The position numbers were made by a program, and so were the translations under genes. A stretch of 64,000 nucleotides of DNA from the human T2T-CHM13v2.0 reference genome, Homo sapiens. The notes beneath the pieces were generated by a model. The model ran no database searches. It worked only from the letters and a program-made list of their open reading frames with translations, and was not told the DNA's origin. Each line of letters begins with the position of its first letter. Positions within the stretch are counted from its first letter, which is position 1. The stretch lies in NCBI RefSeq assembly GCF_009914755.1, contig NC_060942.1; one strand, 5' to 3'. Shown piece by piece: positions 19,536 through 44,850 of the stretch.

Positions 19536-20505
19536 ATACTTGCTCCTGTTACTAATTTTAAAAATAAAAATTTAAGCAAGATACAAGTTTTCATCTAAAA
19601 ATCACAGAGATCTGTTTTCAATAGCACCCAGTAAAGGCAAAAAGTAATGAGATATGACAAGCATTCTCTCACTTTGCTTGTGGAATTTAAACTGGCACTA
19701 AAATAATTTGGCAATATGTTATCAAGAGTCTAAAACGTTCTTTTTACTTGATCCAATAATTCTACTCATAGGACTTTGTACAAACAAATAATAAAACATG
19801 AACAAACACTCAATCCTTATTTCAAAGTGAACGTAATAAAGAGATAAAATGCAATACTCCACTTGCTTGGATCACCAGTTTTGCTAAAACATAAATAAAG
19901 CAAAAAGCAAAAAATTGAAAAAAAAAAAAAAATAGCCACATTGCCTGCCACTAGTCAGGCCATACTAACCCCACTAACTAGCTCTACCCCTCAAAACCTT
20001 CCGATTTAACCAAGACAGGCTGCAGTACAATCCTGTAAGACAGGTAAAAAAGCACACTGATACGTTTAAGTGTTTTCACATGACTGAAAATAAAAAGGGT
20101 TTTCCCAAGAAAGAAAAGAAAGCAATCTTCCACATCAACTATGAAATGTTACTTCCCAATTTATTTCATAAAGAAATTCAAATATATTTGTAAATAACTT
20201 CATTAGGCAATAAGAATTATAACACAGCAATGCAAAAATTTGTTAGTCACATTGTAAGCAATTGATGGGCATTAAATAAAAGCTAAAAAACTGCATGTCA
20301 AACTCCCTGTGCCACTTTAGAAATAAAATTAAATATAAAAGGTTTATTTCTTAGAAAATCAGTTTAAAAGCTACATTAAATGGAAAGTAAGTCCCTTTAT
20401 AAAAATATGAAAAGTATCAAAATACAAAATCAGGATCAATAAATAAGATTTGTATCTATTCCCATTCACACGGAAGCAATCTGATTTCTACACCATAAGA
20501 ATGCT

Positions 20506-23026
20506 TGAGTAAGTTCTAGCCAGAGCAACTAAGCAAGAAAAAGAAATAAAAGGCATACAAACAGAAAAGAAAGAAGTAAAATTATTCCTGTTCACAGATG
20601 GTAGGCTCTTATATACAGTAAACCTTAAAGATTTCACACAAAAAACCTGTTAGAATAAATGAATTCAGTAAAGTAGCAGAATACAAAGTCAACACGCAAA
20701 AATCAATTGCATTTTTATAAACTAATAATAAATATGATGAAAAGGAAATTATGTAGTTTTTACAATAGTATCAAAAAGAAAAAATATTTCAAAATTAACC
20801 ACGAAAATGAAAACCTGTACAATAACAACTATAAAACATTGCTGAAAGATATTAAAGAACACATAAATAAATAGAAACACAGCTCATGTTCATGTACTGG
20901 AAGACTTAATTTTTTTTTTCCCCATCAGCCTATGTGGGAAAAGAAAGACTTAATATTGCTAAGATATCAATACTACCCAAACAAATTTACAGATTCACTA
21001 CAATTCCTCTCAAAATCCCAATTTTTTTTTTTTTATCAGAAATAGAAAAACTCATTCTAAAATTCACGTGGAATCTCAAGGGCCCCAAATAGCCAAAACA
21101 ATCTTACAAAATAATTAAAGCTGGAGAATTCACTCTTCCTGATTCCAAGACATATTACATAGCTACGGTAATCAAAACTGTGATACTGGCATAAAGACAG
21201 ACATCTAGACCAATGGAATAAATCAACAGTCACAACCTTTTTGGCCAGGACCAGTTTCATGGCAGACAATTTTCCCACAGGCCAGGGGAATGGTTTCTGG
21301 ATGAAACTGTTCCACCTCAGATCATCAGGCATTAGATTCTCGTAAGGAGCATGCAATCTAGATCCCTTACATGCACAGTTCACAGTAGGGTTCCTGCACC
21401 TATGAGAATCTAATGCCACTGCTGATCTGACAGGAGGTGGAGCTCAGGCTGTAATGCTCGAATTCCTGCTGCTCACCTCCTGCTGCTCACCTCCCGCTGT
21501 GCGACCTGGTTTCTAACAGGCTGTGGACTGGTGCTAGTCCACGGCCTGAGGGTTGGAGACCTTGGAACAGAGAACCTGGAAATAAAACCTCACATACATG
21601 GTCAAATACTTTTTGACAAGGGTGCTAAGATCATTCAGTGAGGGAAAGGACAGGCTTTTCAACAAATGGTGGGGAAAAACTGGATATCCACAAACAAAAG
21701 AACAAAGCTGGACACTCACCTAATACCATATACGAAAATTAACTCAAAAGAGATCAGGCTTAAATGTAAGACCTAAAACTATAAAATTCTTAAAGGAAAA
21801 CACAGGGCAAAACCTTCACAGCATGAAGTTTAGCAATGATTTCTTGGATATGACACCAAAGGCATAGGCAACAACAACAAAAAATAAACAAATTGGAATT
21901 TCATGAAAAAATGTTAAGTTGTACATCAAAAGACACTATCAACAGAGTAAAAAAGGCAAACCACAGAGTGGGAGAAAATATTTGCACATTCATATATCTG
22001 ATAAGGGATTATATCCAGAATATACAGAGAACTCCTAAAACTCAACAACAATAAAACAAACCAATTCAAAAATGGGCAAGAGACTTGGCTATACATTTCT
22101 TGAAAGATACATAAATGGCCAAAAAGCACATGAAAATGCACAATATCACCATCATTACAGACATGCAAATCAAAGCTACAATAAGATACCACCTGACACC
22201 CATTATAATGGCCACTATAAAAAAAAAAGGAAAATAAAAGTGTTGTTAAGGATGTGGAGAAACTGGAACCCTTGTGCACTGTTGAAGGGAATGTAAAATG
22301 CAGCTGCCACGGAAAACAGTATGGTGATGCCTCAAAATACTAAAAACAGAATGACTATGTGATCCAGCAATTCCACTTGTGGGTATACAGCCAGAAGAAT
22401 TGAAAAGCAGGGTCTCAAAGAGATACGTGTATACCCGTGTCCACAGAATTATTCGCAATAGCTAAAATGTGGGAGCAACCCAAGTGTCCAATGGATAAGC
22501 AAAATGTGGTATCCTATAACACAGAAATATAGAAGTAAAACCAGAAGAAACAGCTAAAATAATTAAGGTTGTTGCCTCTTGAAAGTGAGATTGAGGGATG
22601 AGTAGTGGAGTGAGCAAAAGATTACTATTTTTCTTTAAAAATGTATACTATTGTATTATTTAGCCTTTAAAAGGAAAGAAATTCTAACATAAACTACAGC
22701 ATGCTAGAACCTTGAGGACATTACATTTAGTGAAATAAGCCAGTCACAAGACAAATACTGTATGATTCCAACGACATGAGGTACTTGGAATAGTCAAAAT
22801 CATAGACAGTGGAAGTAGAATGGTAACTGCCAGGGGCTAGTGGGAGAGGAGGAGAGGAAGGCTATTGTTTAATGGGTACAGAGTTTCAGCTTCAGAAGAT
22901 GAAAAGAGTTCTGGAGATGGATGGCAGTGATGGCTGCACAACATTACCAACATACTTAACACCACTCAACTGTACACTTTAAAATGATCAAGATGATACA
23001 TTTTATATTATGTGTATTTTACAATA
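20506..23026 (+). mobile_element. Old L1MB-like ORF2/3' fragment
   Basis: Colinear similarity to L1 ORF2 (GTTCTAGCCAGAGCAA..., AAATGGTGGGGAAAAACTGGATATCC) through a 3'UTR ending in AATAAA. Confidence 0.85.
21225..21562 (+). mobile_element. MER1B-like hAT-Charlie DNA transposon inserted in L1M
   Basis: CAACCTTTTTGGC..GGACCAGTTTCATGG...GGTTGGAGACC; the L1 sequence resumes on both sides. Confidence 0.8.
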
Positions 23027-23238
23027 AAAGAATTGGAGAAGAAGAAAGATCAAATGATATGAAATAAAGCTTCTATTAGATTTCAGTCATGGTTGCCGAA
23101 TTTTTATCCGTATATTCAAACATTCGGCATTGATGCCTCAATTTCACTATATTAACAGCACATCATTAATCAATAGTTGAAGGTCTCTCATTTCATTTAC
23201 TATCTTGTTCAGAAGAAACTGAATTCTCAAACACTTAC

Positions 23239-23713
23239 CTAAACTCGTGGGCTTGATGAGAACATCAAGGACATCATAAAAGGGCAGATTTTTTAACTGC
23301 ACATCAGGATGGACAGGAGGAATTGGGGGAGATGGCTGCTGCATCTCAAATGTGGGCTTAGTATCTTGAAGCAGCACAGAACCAACAGGAGAGGATGGTG
23401 AGTGAGGTGTAACTGAAGTGGAAGGCAACGAGTGGATTCCAGCCACGGCCAAGTCAGGTTCTACAGGTGATGAGCCACCATCCAAACTGAAAACCGATGA
23501 TTTGATTGTGGATAAATCAGAAAGTCCTTCAAGAGTTCGTGGATATCGGCGTCTATACAATTCTCGGATTTTAATCTGAACCGCAGGGCTGCAGCCGCTC
23601 TTCAATAAATGCAGCGCCCTCATCAGGAGGTCATGCTTGCGTCCACTTTTATTCCGTCCAGCAAAGCCTAGTAATACTTGTAGTTCAGAAACCCTAAAAC
23701 TAGAAACCATATT
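23239..23713 (-). CDS. PIAS2: PIAS2 exon 2 (475 bp): SAP domain with LXXLL through the start of the PINIT region
   Basis: Translates NMVSSFRVSELQVLLGFAGRNKSGRKHDLLMRALHLLKSGCSPAVQIKIRELYRRRYPR...KPTSL. AG acceptor at 23714-23715 after a polypyrimidine tract; GTAAGT donor at 23233-23238. Confidence 0.97.
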
Positions 23714-25056
23714 CTAAAAGGAAAGAAAAAAAAACATAAGCCAAGTCACCCTCAAGCATACAAAAATCCTATCTAAAATATAATGTAAAATGTGATTTTT
23801 CCAGCATTCTATCAATTGGCATGTGCTAGTAACAGCATTTCACATACCACTTAGAATCATTACCATTCATAAGACAATCCCGTAAAAATTACATTCAAGT
23901 TACGGTGTTAATTATATTTTGTTGTACAAGATCTTAATTTTGGTAATCTATAGTCTATTGGTTTCTACTAACCACTTCATTATCTGATTATGCTCTAATG
24001 CAAACAGTTATTTGCTTTATGACTATAAAATCTATCACCAATGAATATACTCCTTTTCAAAACCAACCCCTCCCAATATACAATGTAATGTTTGTTACAG
24101 AATTATCGCCAATTAACCAAACAAAAAATCAGATTTTCACAATGTTAGATGTGTAACTTTTGATGCTGAGTAGTAAATCCATAAAAATCAAGTCAGAACT
24201 GTGATCCAAAATGCAATGAATTTTTTACCCCAATTCAAACATTAACAAACAAACAACATAATAAAGATATTTTAAAATATTAAAGCTAAAAAATCACATA
24301 CATCTTATTTAGCAGTCAAACTTCTAAAACAACTGAAATTCCCAGCTGGGTATCCAAATGAGAAAAAGACCTTTGAAGAGCAAGGAAATGAGCAGTCATC
24401 AATCTTAAAGGGCAACATTTCCTCCACACTACTCTACTGGCTTGTGCTTGGGCGTAAAACAAAGGTTATAAGCAGTTGCAGCTTCACATCACACCTTCTA
24501 TTTTTTCAGCAAAACTTAATGAATATTTTTAACCCCTTGCAGCCTCAGGAATCCACCTACTTAGTGATTTCCAGTCAATTCTGAACTCAGAGGCAAATCA
24601 CACTTGGGTCAGATACCACACATGCATCATCTAGCAAGAAAGAGGAAGAACACCTGGAGCTGACCAAAGCCCTGTCAGAAACCTACCCAGGAGAACTACC
24701 TGTGGTTTGGTGTCCCATCCCATCCTCATCACTCCCCCAACCCAGCCCGTGCTACACACTCCACAGTCACTTGGGATTCCTTTTCAACCTGCTTGTCTCA
24801 TCAGTATAGTGGAAATGTGGGGCAGTTGCTCTGTACTTTTTAAGTCTCAGGGACGGCCCAGAAGCAACTGTTTAAAACCCTATATGGTTTTTAAATACTT
24901 GTTGGTATAAATACTTGCTAGTTTACTAAAATGCAAACAGATTTAAATATGCCAAAGTAATCCATATACACTGTCATAACTGTACTTTGTGTACTATATA
25001 TGTCTCTATATTTCATAATGTACAAGTGAGAGAATATTAAATTGTAATCCTGGCAA

Positions 25057-25695
<639 letters not shown>

Positions 25696-26503
25696 AAATC
25701 ATACTCTAATAGAACACATACCACAATGTGTGTTACCTCTACAGTGCAGACAACAAAGAAGGAAAACAAGAAAACTTTTGGCCTATCTCATAACAAACCA
25801 GTCACAGCTTACTCAACATCTCATGCATTAAACAGAAGACAACAGCTTCTTGGGAAGGGTTTACCCAAGCAAGTAATACGATGCATCTTTCCCTCAATCT
25901 TAGTAAATACTTCAATTGATTGTGGAACACTAATACTAAAAAAGGCAATCACACAGATAAAACATAACTGATTTTTTCTAACTCAGAATTCACTACTTTG
26001 CTTCACTCCTTATACTTATTGTCAGATATTCTTCATTTTAAGGGAAGCTATTTTACAGAAATGACAAAACAAAGCACAAAGTCATCCTACCTAAGCTTGA
26101 CTCTCAGAGGAATTTCTAGGAGGTCTCATATCTCATATTTCCAGTGATAACATTATTTGGCAAAGGATGTTAATGCAACTGGCTCTATGGGCTGTTGTAA
26201 ATAGACAAACAAAAAGTAAGAAAGAGATAAGAGCTTAGACTATGAATGCGGAATCACAGAATTCTGAACAGCAGATGGGACAGTCTTTGCATTACAAAAT
26301 GCTGCAAAGATAAAGTATTGCTGGACACATAGCCAAAGGTAATTAAGTCAACAGGGCCCTGTGAAAAACTTCAAGCCAGCAATCAGCAGTTGTGGTTCAA
26401 GCCCAAGCACCAAGACTTTGGACCCTGGGAAAGTCATTTCATCCCTCTGGTCATCAATTTCTATTTTAAAATAACAAACACCCCCCAAAAAAATCCCTCT
26501 CCT

Positions 26504-28338
<1,835 letters not shown>

Positions 28339-30537
28339 ATAATAATCATCTACATCTTCATTTATAAGTAGGAATAAAGAAAAACTGCCAGATTAACATA
28401 ATCCCTCAAAAAAGAGTGACCAAGCTAATGCCATACATAAGAGGAACTATGTGGCAAGCCAGAAAGATACTGCTTACTCTTTTCAAAGGTCATTGGAGGC
28501 CCCAGTTCCTGGTCCTGTATTCCTGGTGAAATCATGTAATCCCTATAATTAAATCCACTTTTATTTGAGAGACTAATGGGTTTCTCCCTTACAAGATAAT
28601 GATTACAATAACTCCTAGGTTAAAGAAATCAAATTGAAAATCAACTATTAAGAGAAACAATAAAAAAAATGCTACATTCCAAATTCAGGGAAAACATCTC
28701 CCTAAATGCTTCTATTATTATACAACAGAGATTTAAAATAAAGTAGTCAATTAAGGAAGCAAAAAAGTAATAATAAAATAAACCAAAAGGGCTGGGGAAG
28801 CATTACAGGATAAAAAGAAAAAAGCAAAAAAAAAAAAAAAAAAAATTAATTAGAAAGCAAAATGCAGTGAAGTCAGATCCACAAAAGGGAAAGTAAACAA
28901 ACGTATGGTCTTATAAATGAAAAAAAAAAAACTAAACAAATTTCTTTAAACAAAGAAAATAGTGCATGCAACTATATATTCTAATAACTTAAATACAGAT
29001 AAAAGTGGTTTCCTAGAAAAATACAAATTACTCCATCTGATTCAAGAAGAGGTATATTGTCTTGCCCTCCCTCCACATCCAAAAACATCTACCCAAACAA
29101 GACAGCTTCATGAATAAATTCCACCAAGCTTTCAAGGAAAGGATGGAATTCTGTTCCTTAAACTGTTCAAGAGAATAAAAGCCAGGGAGTAAAATACATA
29201 CGTGTTAGAAGACAAATATAGAAAAATGCTGAACACAAAACATGAAATTCAAAAAACATGCAAATTATTGGTTTTCAAACTTCAGCAGGGAGAAGTCCAC
29301 CCTATCCAACCAAACTTTTAGGCAAAAGCCTATGAAATGGCGGGCCTAGTATACCATACATTCTTTCTCATTTATCAACATGGACCATAAGAAGTCTTTG
29401 TGTAACACAATTTACAAACCAATATTAACACATCAATGTTTCCTGTGAGTGTAGACATAAAAGTCCTCAATGCACCCAATACAGTGTAATCTACCAATAT
29501 AAGAATGGTTTAACATAAATTAAGTAAATTGCTTGGTTAAGATTATTTCTATCCTTACAGTCATAAGATTGAGTATTTATGTATAAAATTATACAATATA
29601 TGGAGTTTCCTTTCAAATAATTTGGGGGAAGTAGGTGGGGACATATATGACAAAAGACTGGAGTTGATTAACTTCTGAAGCTGTGTACTGGGGACACGAA
29701 GAATTTTCTATCATTGTAAATTTAAGAGTGTTTCAATAACTCAAAAGTTTGCTTGAACAGGGGAAACTGGGTGTGGGCATGTGGGGACTCTACCACCTTC
29801 CCAAGTTTTCTGTAAATCTAAAGGTATTCTAGATTTCATTAAACAAAAACTGTTAGTCTGTTTGAAGGTGAGGTAAAAAAGCGGTTATGGCATAAATACT
29901 ATTTCCCATAAAAGGAACCCAGACTCCTTGGGGAAATAAATGGCTGACTGCAGGTCTGGGGCAGGAAATGCACAAGATAAGCCTATAACATTTTATCGCA
30001 CCAGAAAACAGAGAAGCTATCAAAGATCACGGGGCCTTGTCAGAAGGGCAAAGAAAACATCCAGAATGGGCTCCTAGTAGCCTAAGATGAGAAAATTTGA
30101 GCATCAAAAAGAATAATAACTGCATTGGATTCAAACCGATTAAATATAGTAATGTTTCATTTTATTCATAATAATACTTTAAAAATCACTGATCTCCTTT
30201 AAAGGATGTTAAGGGAAAAATTCATCATTATTCTGACAACTGATAGAGAAAATGCAAACAGATTTTTGGTTTGAGTAGAAAAGCCATATGATTAATGGCT
30301 AAATGCTAGAAGGGCATTTGATAAAATTCTATTCATTCCTGATGAAATCTCTCAATAAACAAGAAAAGAAAGAAATTCTGTTAACATGATAACTGGTATC
30401 TGTCAGAAAGCAATAGCTAATATACTAAAAATGAAACACTAAATCACAAAGCTAAGACTTCTAAAATGTATACTATGTTCTGTCATTTGACAGTATTCTA
30501 AAAATTCTAGATAATACAAGGCAATATAATTTTTGGG

Positions 30538-31101
30538 TTTTTTTTTTTTGAGACAGGATCTCGTTTTATTGCCCAAGCTGGAGTGTGGCAACATGATCTT
30601 GGCTCTCTGCAGCCTCAACCTCCCAGGCTCAAGTGATCCTCCCACCTCGGCCTCCAGAGTAGCTGGGAGGCCAGCCCAGTTAATTTTTACTTTTCATACA
30701 GACAGAGTCTCCCTGTGTTGTCCGGGTTGGTCTTAAACTTCTGGGTCCAAGTGATCCTTCCACCTTGACCTCCCAAAGTGCTGGAATTACAGGTGTGAGC
30801 TACTACACCAAGGCAATATAATTTTTTTTTTTTGAGAGAGAGAATCTCACTCTGTCACCCAGGCTGGAGTGCAGTGGCACCATCTTGGCTCACTGCAACC
30901 TCTGCCTCTGGGATTCTTTGCCTCAGCCTCCCAAATACTTGGGATTACTGGCACACACCACCACACCTGGCTAAATTTTGTATTTTAGTAGAGACAGGGT
31001 TGCCATGTTGGCCAGGTTGGTCTTGAACTCCGGCCTCAAGTGATCCACCCACCTCGGTTTCCCAAAGTGCTGGGATTACAGGCATGAGCCACCATGCCCA
31101 G
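30538..31101 (-). mobile_element. Two tandem AluJ elements sharing one target site
   Basis: CAAGGCAATATAATTT at 30517, 30809 and 31102. Confidence 0.85.
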
Positions 31102-31372
31102 CAAGGCAATATAAATTTTTTAAAAGTAACATTTACTATTTACAAATGACAAGACTCTCTCTATTAGAAATATAAGACAATCCACTGAAAAATTTAAACC
31201 AATAATATTAAGGCAAAACATTGAATTTTCCGTATATCAAATACATTTTCAAATGGCTGAAAAAGAGTATTAAAAAAACCGAAGTAACACAAAAACATAA
31301 AATGCAAAAGAATAAATTTTAAAATTTTGCAAGAGGTACATTAAAAAACTATAGAATAAAAGAAGCTTTGAG

Positions 31373-35246
<3,874 letters not shown>

Positions 35247-37131
35247 CTAAACAAATAAATTCTTCACGGATTGGAAAACTCAACATAGTAAAGATGTCAA
35301 CTTTCCCCAAACCGATATATAGGTTTAACATAATTCCTATCCAAATTCCAACAAGATTTTTGTAGATATAGATGAGATTATTCTAAAATGTATATGAAAA
35401 GGCAAAAGAAATATTAATAGAACAGCCAAAACAATTTTTAAAAAGAACAGAGGGAGAGGAATCAATCTATCCCATTTTACAACTTAGCTAGGACTGACAG
35501 ACTGCATGGTATTAGTGGAAGGGTAGACACATAGATCAAGCAAAGAGAATACAGAACCCAGAAACAGACATATACATACATACCCAAATAATTTTTGATA
35601 AAGGTGTAAAATTAACTCAGTGGAAGAAAGACAGCCTTTCAATATATGGTGCTGGATCAACTGGACACCCATAGACAGAAAAATGAACTTCCACTTAAGT
35701 CTCATACCTTATACAAAAATAACTCCAAATGGATCACAGAGTCAAATGTAAAAATAAAACTGTAAAACTTTTTTTTAATAAGCAGGAAAATATTTGGGAT
35801 CTAAGACTAGGCAGAGTTCTTAGATTTGACACTAAAAGCAAGATCCATAAAAGGAAATATGACACACTGGACTTCACACAAACTAAAACCTGTGCTACGC
35901 AAAAGACCCCTTTAAAAGGAAAAAAAGACAATCAACAGACTCAAAGAAAATATTAACATTTGCAAACACATATCTGACAAAGGACTACTATCTAGGATAT
36001 ACTTAGAACTCTCAAAACTCAACAGGAAAAGAAAAAGAATTCAATTAGAAAAAGGACAAAAGACACAAAGAGACATGTCATGGATTGGGATATACAGATG
36101 GCAAATAAGCACATAAAAATATGTTCAGCATCATTAGCCATTGGGGAAATGCAAATAAAAACCTCACTGAGATATCACTAGATACCTACCAGAATGGCTA
36201 AAATGAAAAACACTGATAACACCAAATGCTGGCGAGGATGCTGAGAAACTGGATCACTCCATACATTGCTGGTAGGGATGTAAAATGGTACAGCCACTCT
36301 GGAAAACAGTTTAGCAAGTTCTTTAAAAACTATACATACAATGACCACACAACCCAGCAACTACACTCCTGGGCATTTATCTCCGAGAAAGATGTGTGCG
36401 TAAGTTTACCAAAAAAACCTATGCACAAATCTTTATAGCATTTTTATTCATAATTATCAAAAAACTGTAAACAACCCAGATGTCCCTCAACAGGTGAATG
36501 GTTAAACAAACTATAGTGAATTCATATCGTGGAAAACTATTCAGCAATAAAAAGGGATGAGCTGTTTATATACAACAACTTGGATGAATTTCCAGAATTA
36601 TGCTGAATGAAAAAGCCAGACCCAAAAGGTTATCCACTGTGTGATTCTATTTATGTAATATTTTTGAAAAGACAAAAATCATAGAAATGAAAAAGATGAG
36701 CGGGCCCCAGAGAGTGAGGGAACTGGATGAGACAGGAACAAGTGTGACTATAAAATAACAATACTTTGGAGAGAGGGATCCTTGTGGTGATAAAATGGTC
36801 TATATCTTGATTGTGTTCATGTCAATATCCTGGTTGTGATACTGTACTATGGTCTTTAAGATGTTAACTCTGAAAAAAAACTAGAGAGAGTATACAGAAT
36901 GTCTCTGTATTATTTCCTAGAAATGCAAGTGAACTGACAATTATCTTCATTAAAAGTTTAATTAAAACTACAAGGAGTAAGACTATCAGACTAGATTTTT
37001 AATTTTCTTAAAATTCAATGGTATTATATTTGAAAGAGATAAAACTGAAATAAAAGGACACAAAAATGTAAGGGTGAGGAGAAATTTTTTAAATTAGGCA
37101 AAACTGACAAAAAAAGAAAAATAACCTAGAA

Positions 37132-37537
<406 letters not shown>

Positions 37538-39421
37538 GTTCTTTCATGTGCTAGTAATAATGTTAAAATATGGTTTAAAAATCGATAGAACTACAAAGAA
37601 AAATGAAAAACGAAACAAAATTCTAGTAAAAGATTAACTCTGCTCTCTTAATAAAAAATAAAGATATGAGATTTGAACAACATAATTAACAAGGCTACAT
37701 AATGAACATATATAAAACTGCACCAAAAACCAGGCAATACATAGTCTCTTCATGTACAAATAAAAATTATTAAAATGGACCACATTTTTAATAGTCTAAA
37801 CATATTTCAAAGAGTTGGCATTATACACACCAATTGGCATCACACTCAAACAGGCTGCCTAACCAAAATGCAATTACAAATCAACAGCCAAATCAACTAG
37901 AGGAACTCTGTTTGGAAATTAAATTTTTAAATAGCTCATAAGTTAAAGAATTCACAACGGAAAATAGAAAAATACAAGTAAAAATAACGGAAATATCACA
38001 CACATCAAAACAAGGAGGCAATACGCAGACATTTTATGATCTTAAATAACTATGTTAAAATGCTGAAAATTAATGACAGGCACCCAGCTTAAGAAATTAG
38101 AAAAAAAGAACAGAACTACAAAGGAAATGTAAGAAAAGAAAAGAAGAGCAAAAATTAATGAAACAGGAAGGATACACTAAAGAGCATAAACAATATCAAA
38201 AACTTGATTCTCTGAAAAATCTTTAAAAATTGGCAAACTTTTAGCCAAAAATTATCAAGAAAAAAAGAAGGCATTTTAAAAAAAGACAAGGGGATATTAA
38301 CTACAAGTAACTGCAAAGAAGAGATTAACAACTAAATGCTACAAATTCAAGAATGTGGATGAAATGAACAACTTTCTATAAAAGTATGAACTACTAAAAC
38401 AGGTTTGAAACTTGAAAATATGAACAGTCCTACAACCAAAGCAATTGAAGCATTCCTCAAAGAAAACAATAGTAATAATTTTATAAGCAAGTTCTACTAA
38501 ATATTTAAGAAACAGACCTTTCTAATGTTACATAAACTCTTCCAGAAGAGAAAAGGTATATTTTTTAACTATAGGCTAGTTTTACTCATTATGAGAGACA
38601 AAAATCCTAAATTAAATATCTCCAAACTGAGTCCAGTGAAAAAAAGGAACAGATAGATCAGGGTTGAATTTATACTTGCAACACAAAGTTTGTTTAAATA
38701 TTGGGAAAAAAATTAATATAACTCAGCATGTTAACAGATTACAAAAGAGAAATAATTTTCTCAAAAGATGCAGAAAAAGCTTCTGATAAAATTCATTCAT
38801 GATTTTTTAAATTAGCAAACTAAGAAAGGGAACATCCTTAACCTGAAAAGATTATCTATAATAAACCTACAGCAAGCATCATACTTAACTGTGAAACTTT
38901 GAAAGCATTCCCTTTAAAATCAGGAACAAGATCAGGATGCCCCCATCACAGCTTCTATTCAACATTGTACTGGAGATCCTAGCCAGCACATTAAGACAAG
39001 AAAAAGAAAGAAAAAAAAAAAGCATAAGAATTGGAAAGGAGGAAACAAAGAGGTCATTATTCACAGATAGGACTGTCTGCATAGAAAAATCCAAAAGAAA
39101 TCTAAAGATAATTTATCACAATTAGGAGTATAGCAAGGTTATTATACAAAGTCAAACTGTACTTCTGTGCACCAGCAAAGTATAATTATAAAAAGTTAAT
39201 ATTTATGATTTGCTATAAAAATAATTTGTTAGAAATAAATCTAACAAAATATTTGCAATACTTTAACTGAAAATAACAAAACTTTATTGAAAGATGTTGT
39301 AAAAAACCTAAAAGAAATGGAGATTACAATGATTGTGGTTAAGAAAACTTAGCAGCAAAATGTAATTCTCTCCAAGCTAATTTACAGATTCAGTGCATTT
39401 CCCATCAAAATACCAACAAGA

Positions 39422-39450
39422 TGTATGTGTGTGTGTGTGGGGGGGGGGGG
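39422..39450. repeat. (GT)n followed by G12
   Basis: Seen directly. Confidence 0.9.
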
Positions 39451-40216
39451 AGGTGTATAACATGAAAATATGATTCTAAAATTACATGGAGAAGCAAACA
39501 ATCAAGAAGTTCCTTGAACAATTACAAGCCAGGAGGACTTGTGCTACTTCTGTCTCCCTCAATGACTGACTAGACTGTTTCATACCAACCCTCCCTGTGA
39601 GAACTTAACAACTGAATATAATATTAAAAAACAAAAATCTGTGTGAATGCAGGAGGCACTACAAAGGCAGTAAGGACCTGAGACACCAAGACTCTGAAAA
39701 GAAGGAGAGCCTGCAAAGCTGAGTCTCTTGATGCCTTCCCCGGAGATATCTGCCAATGGAAAAGGGCAATGGAGAGGTTAAAAGTCCAGCAGAACTCTGA
39801 ATAGACTCAGGGGAAACAAGAGAAGGTATGTGCAAAACATAACCAGCAAGAGATGGTTTCCAAGATGTATAATGAACTCCTACGAATCAGTATGGAAAAG
39901 ACAGATGTCCCAATATAAAAATGAGTAAAAGACTTGGCAAGCCACTTTACAAAAGAAACCCAAATGGCCAATAAGCACATTCAAAGGAGCTTGACATCAT
40001 TACTTATTAGGGAGATGCAAATTAAAACCACTACACATTCACCAGAGTGTCTAAAATTAAAAGGGTAGACAAGGATATGGAGCAACTGGAACTCTACTAT
40101 ATCACTAGCAAAAGGGAATGAACCAACTACAACTACAGACAACAATAAGGATGAATCTGGCAAACGAAACAGAAAAAAAGGCAGAAACAACAGAATACAT
40201 ATACAGAAACAGAATA

Positions 40217-40544
40217 CAGTTGACCTTTGAATAACAATAACATATAGTTGAATATTGAATAACAATAACATATCCAATAACAAAAACCTGTGTTAGTCAA
40301 AGGTCAACTGTATCTTGTCAACTGGTTTGAACTGTGCAGGTCCACTTATACGCATATTTTTTTTTCAACCAAATGCAGATCAAAAATATGGTATTTGCAG
40401 GACGTGAAACCCACATATACAGAGGGCCAACTTTTCCTATACATGGGTTCTGCAGGGCCAACTTCAGGACTTGAGTACACATGATTTTCCTGTTGGGAGG
40501 GTGGATCCTAGAACCAATCCCCCAGGTACACCAAGGGGCAACTG
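40217..40544 (-). mobile_element. MER8-like Tigger MITE with a rearranged left end
   Basis: TA-CAGTTGACCTTTGA...GGGGCAACTG-TA termini; internal GGTTTGAACTG..GGTCCACTTATACGC. Confidence 0.75.
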
Positions 40545-40821
40545 TATATATACTACACAGGTTCCATTTATATAAAGTTCAAAAACAGGCAATACTAATC
40601 TGTTAAAGTTAGGATAGTAGGTCGCTTTTGGAAGAATGAGGTGAGGTTAGCCACTGGGGAGGGGAATATTTAGAGTGCTGGTAATGTTCTCTTTCTTGAC
40701 CTGCACGATTATTATTTTGAGAAAATTCATCCAGCTATAATTTCATTATCTGTGTACTTCCTATGTGTATGCTATATATCAAAAGAAGTTTGGTTTTTTA
40801 TTATAAAAAATATTATCTTAC

Positions 40822-44725
<3,904 letters not shown>

Positions 44726-44850
44726 GGAAAAAAGAAAACAAAGGCTAGGAAGGGAGGAGGGAAAAACAAAGGCAAGGTTTGGCTTTTAAATCCCAAAAGG
44801 AAAGGGATCGGTGTTATATCTTTTTCTGAAAGACCAGGAAGTGAGGAAAT

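Noticed and set aside
23147-23238. ORF extension GKCLRIQFLLNK... after exon 2
   Set aside because: Read-through past a consensus GTAAGT donor into the intron; no evidence it is coding.
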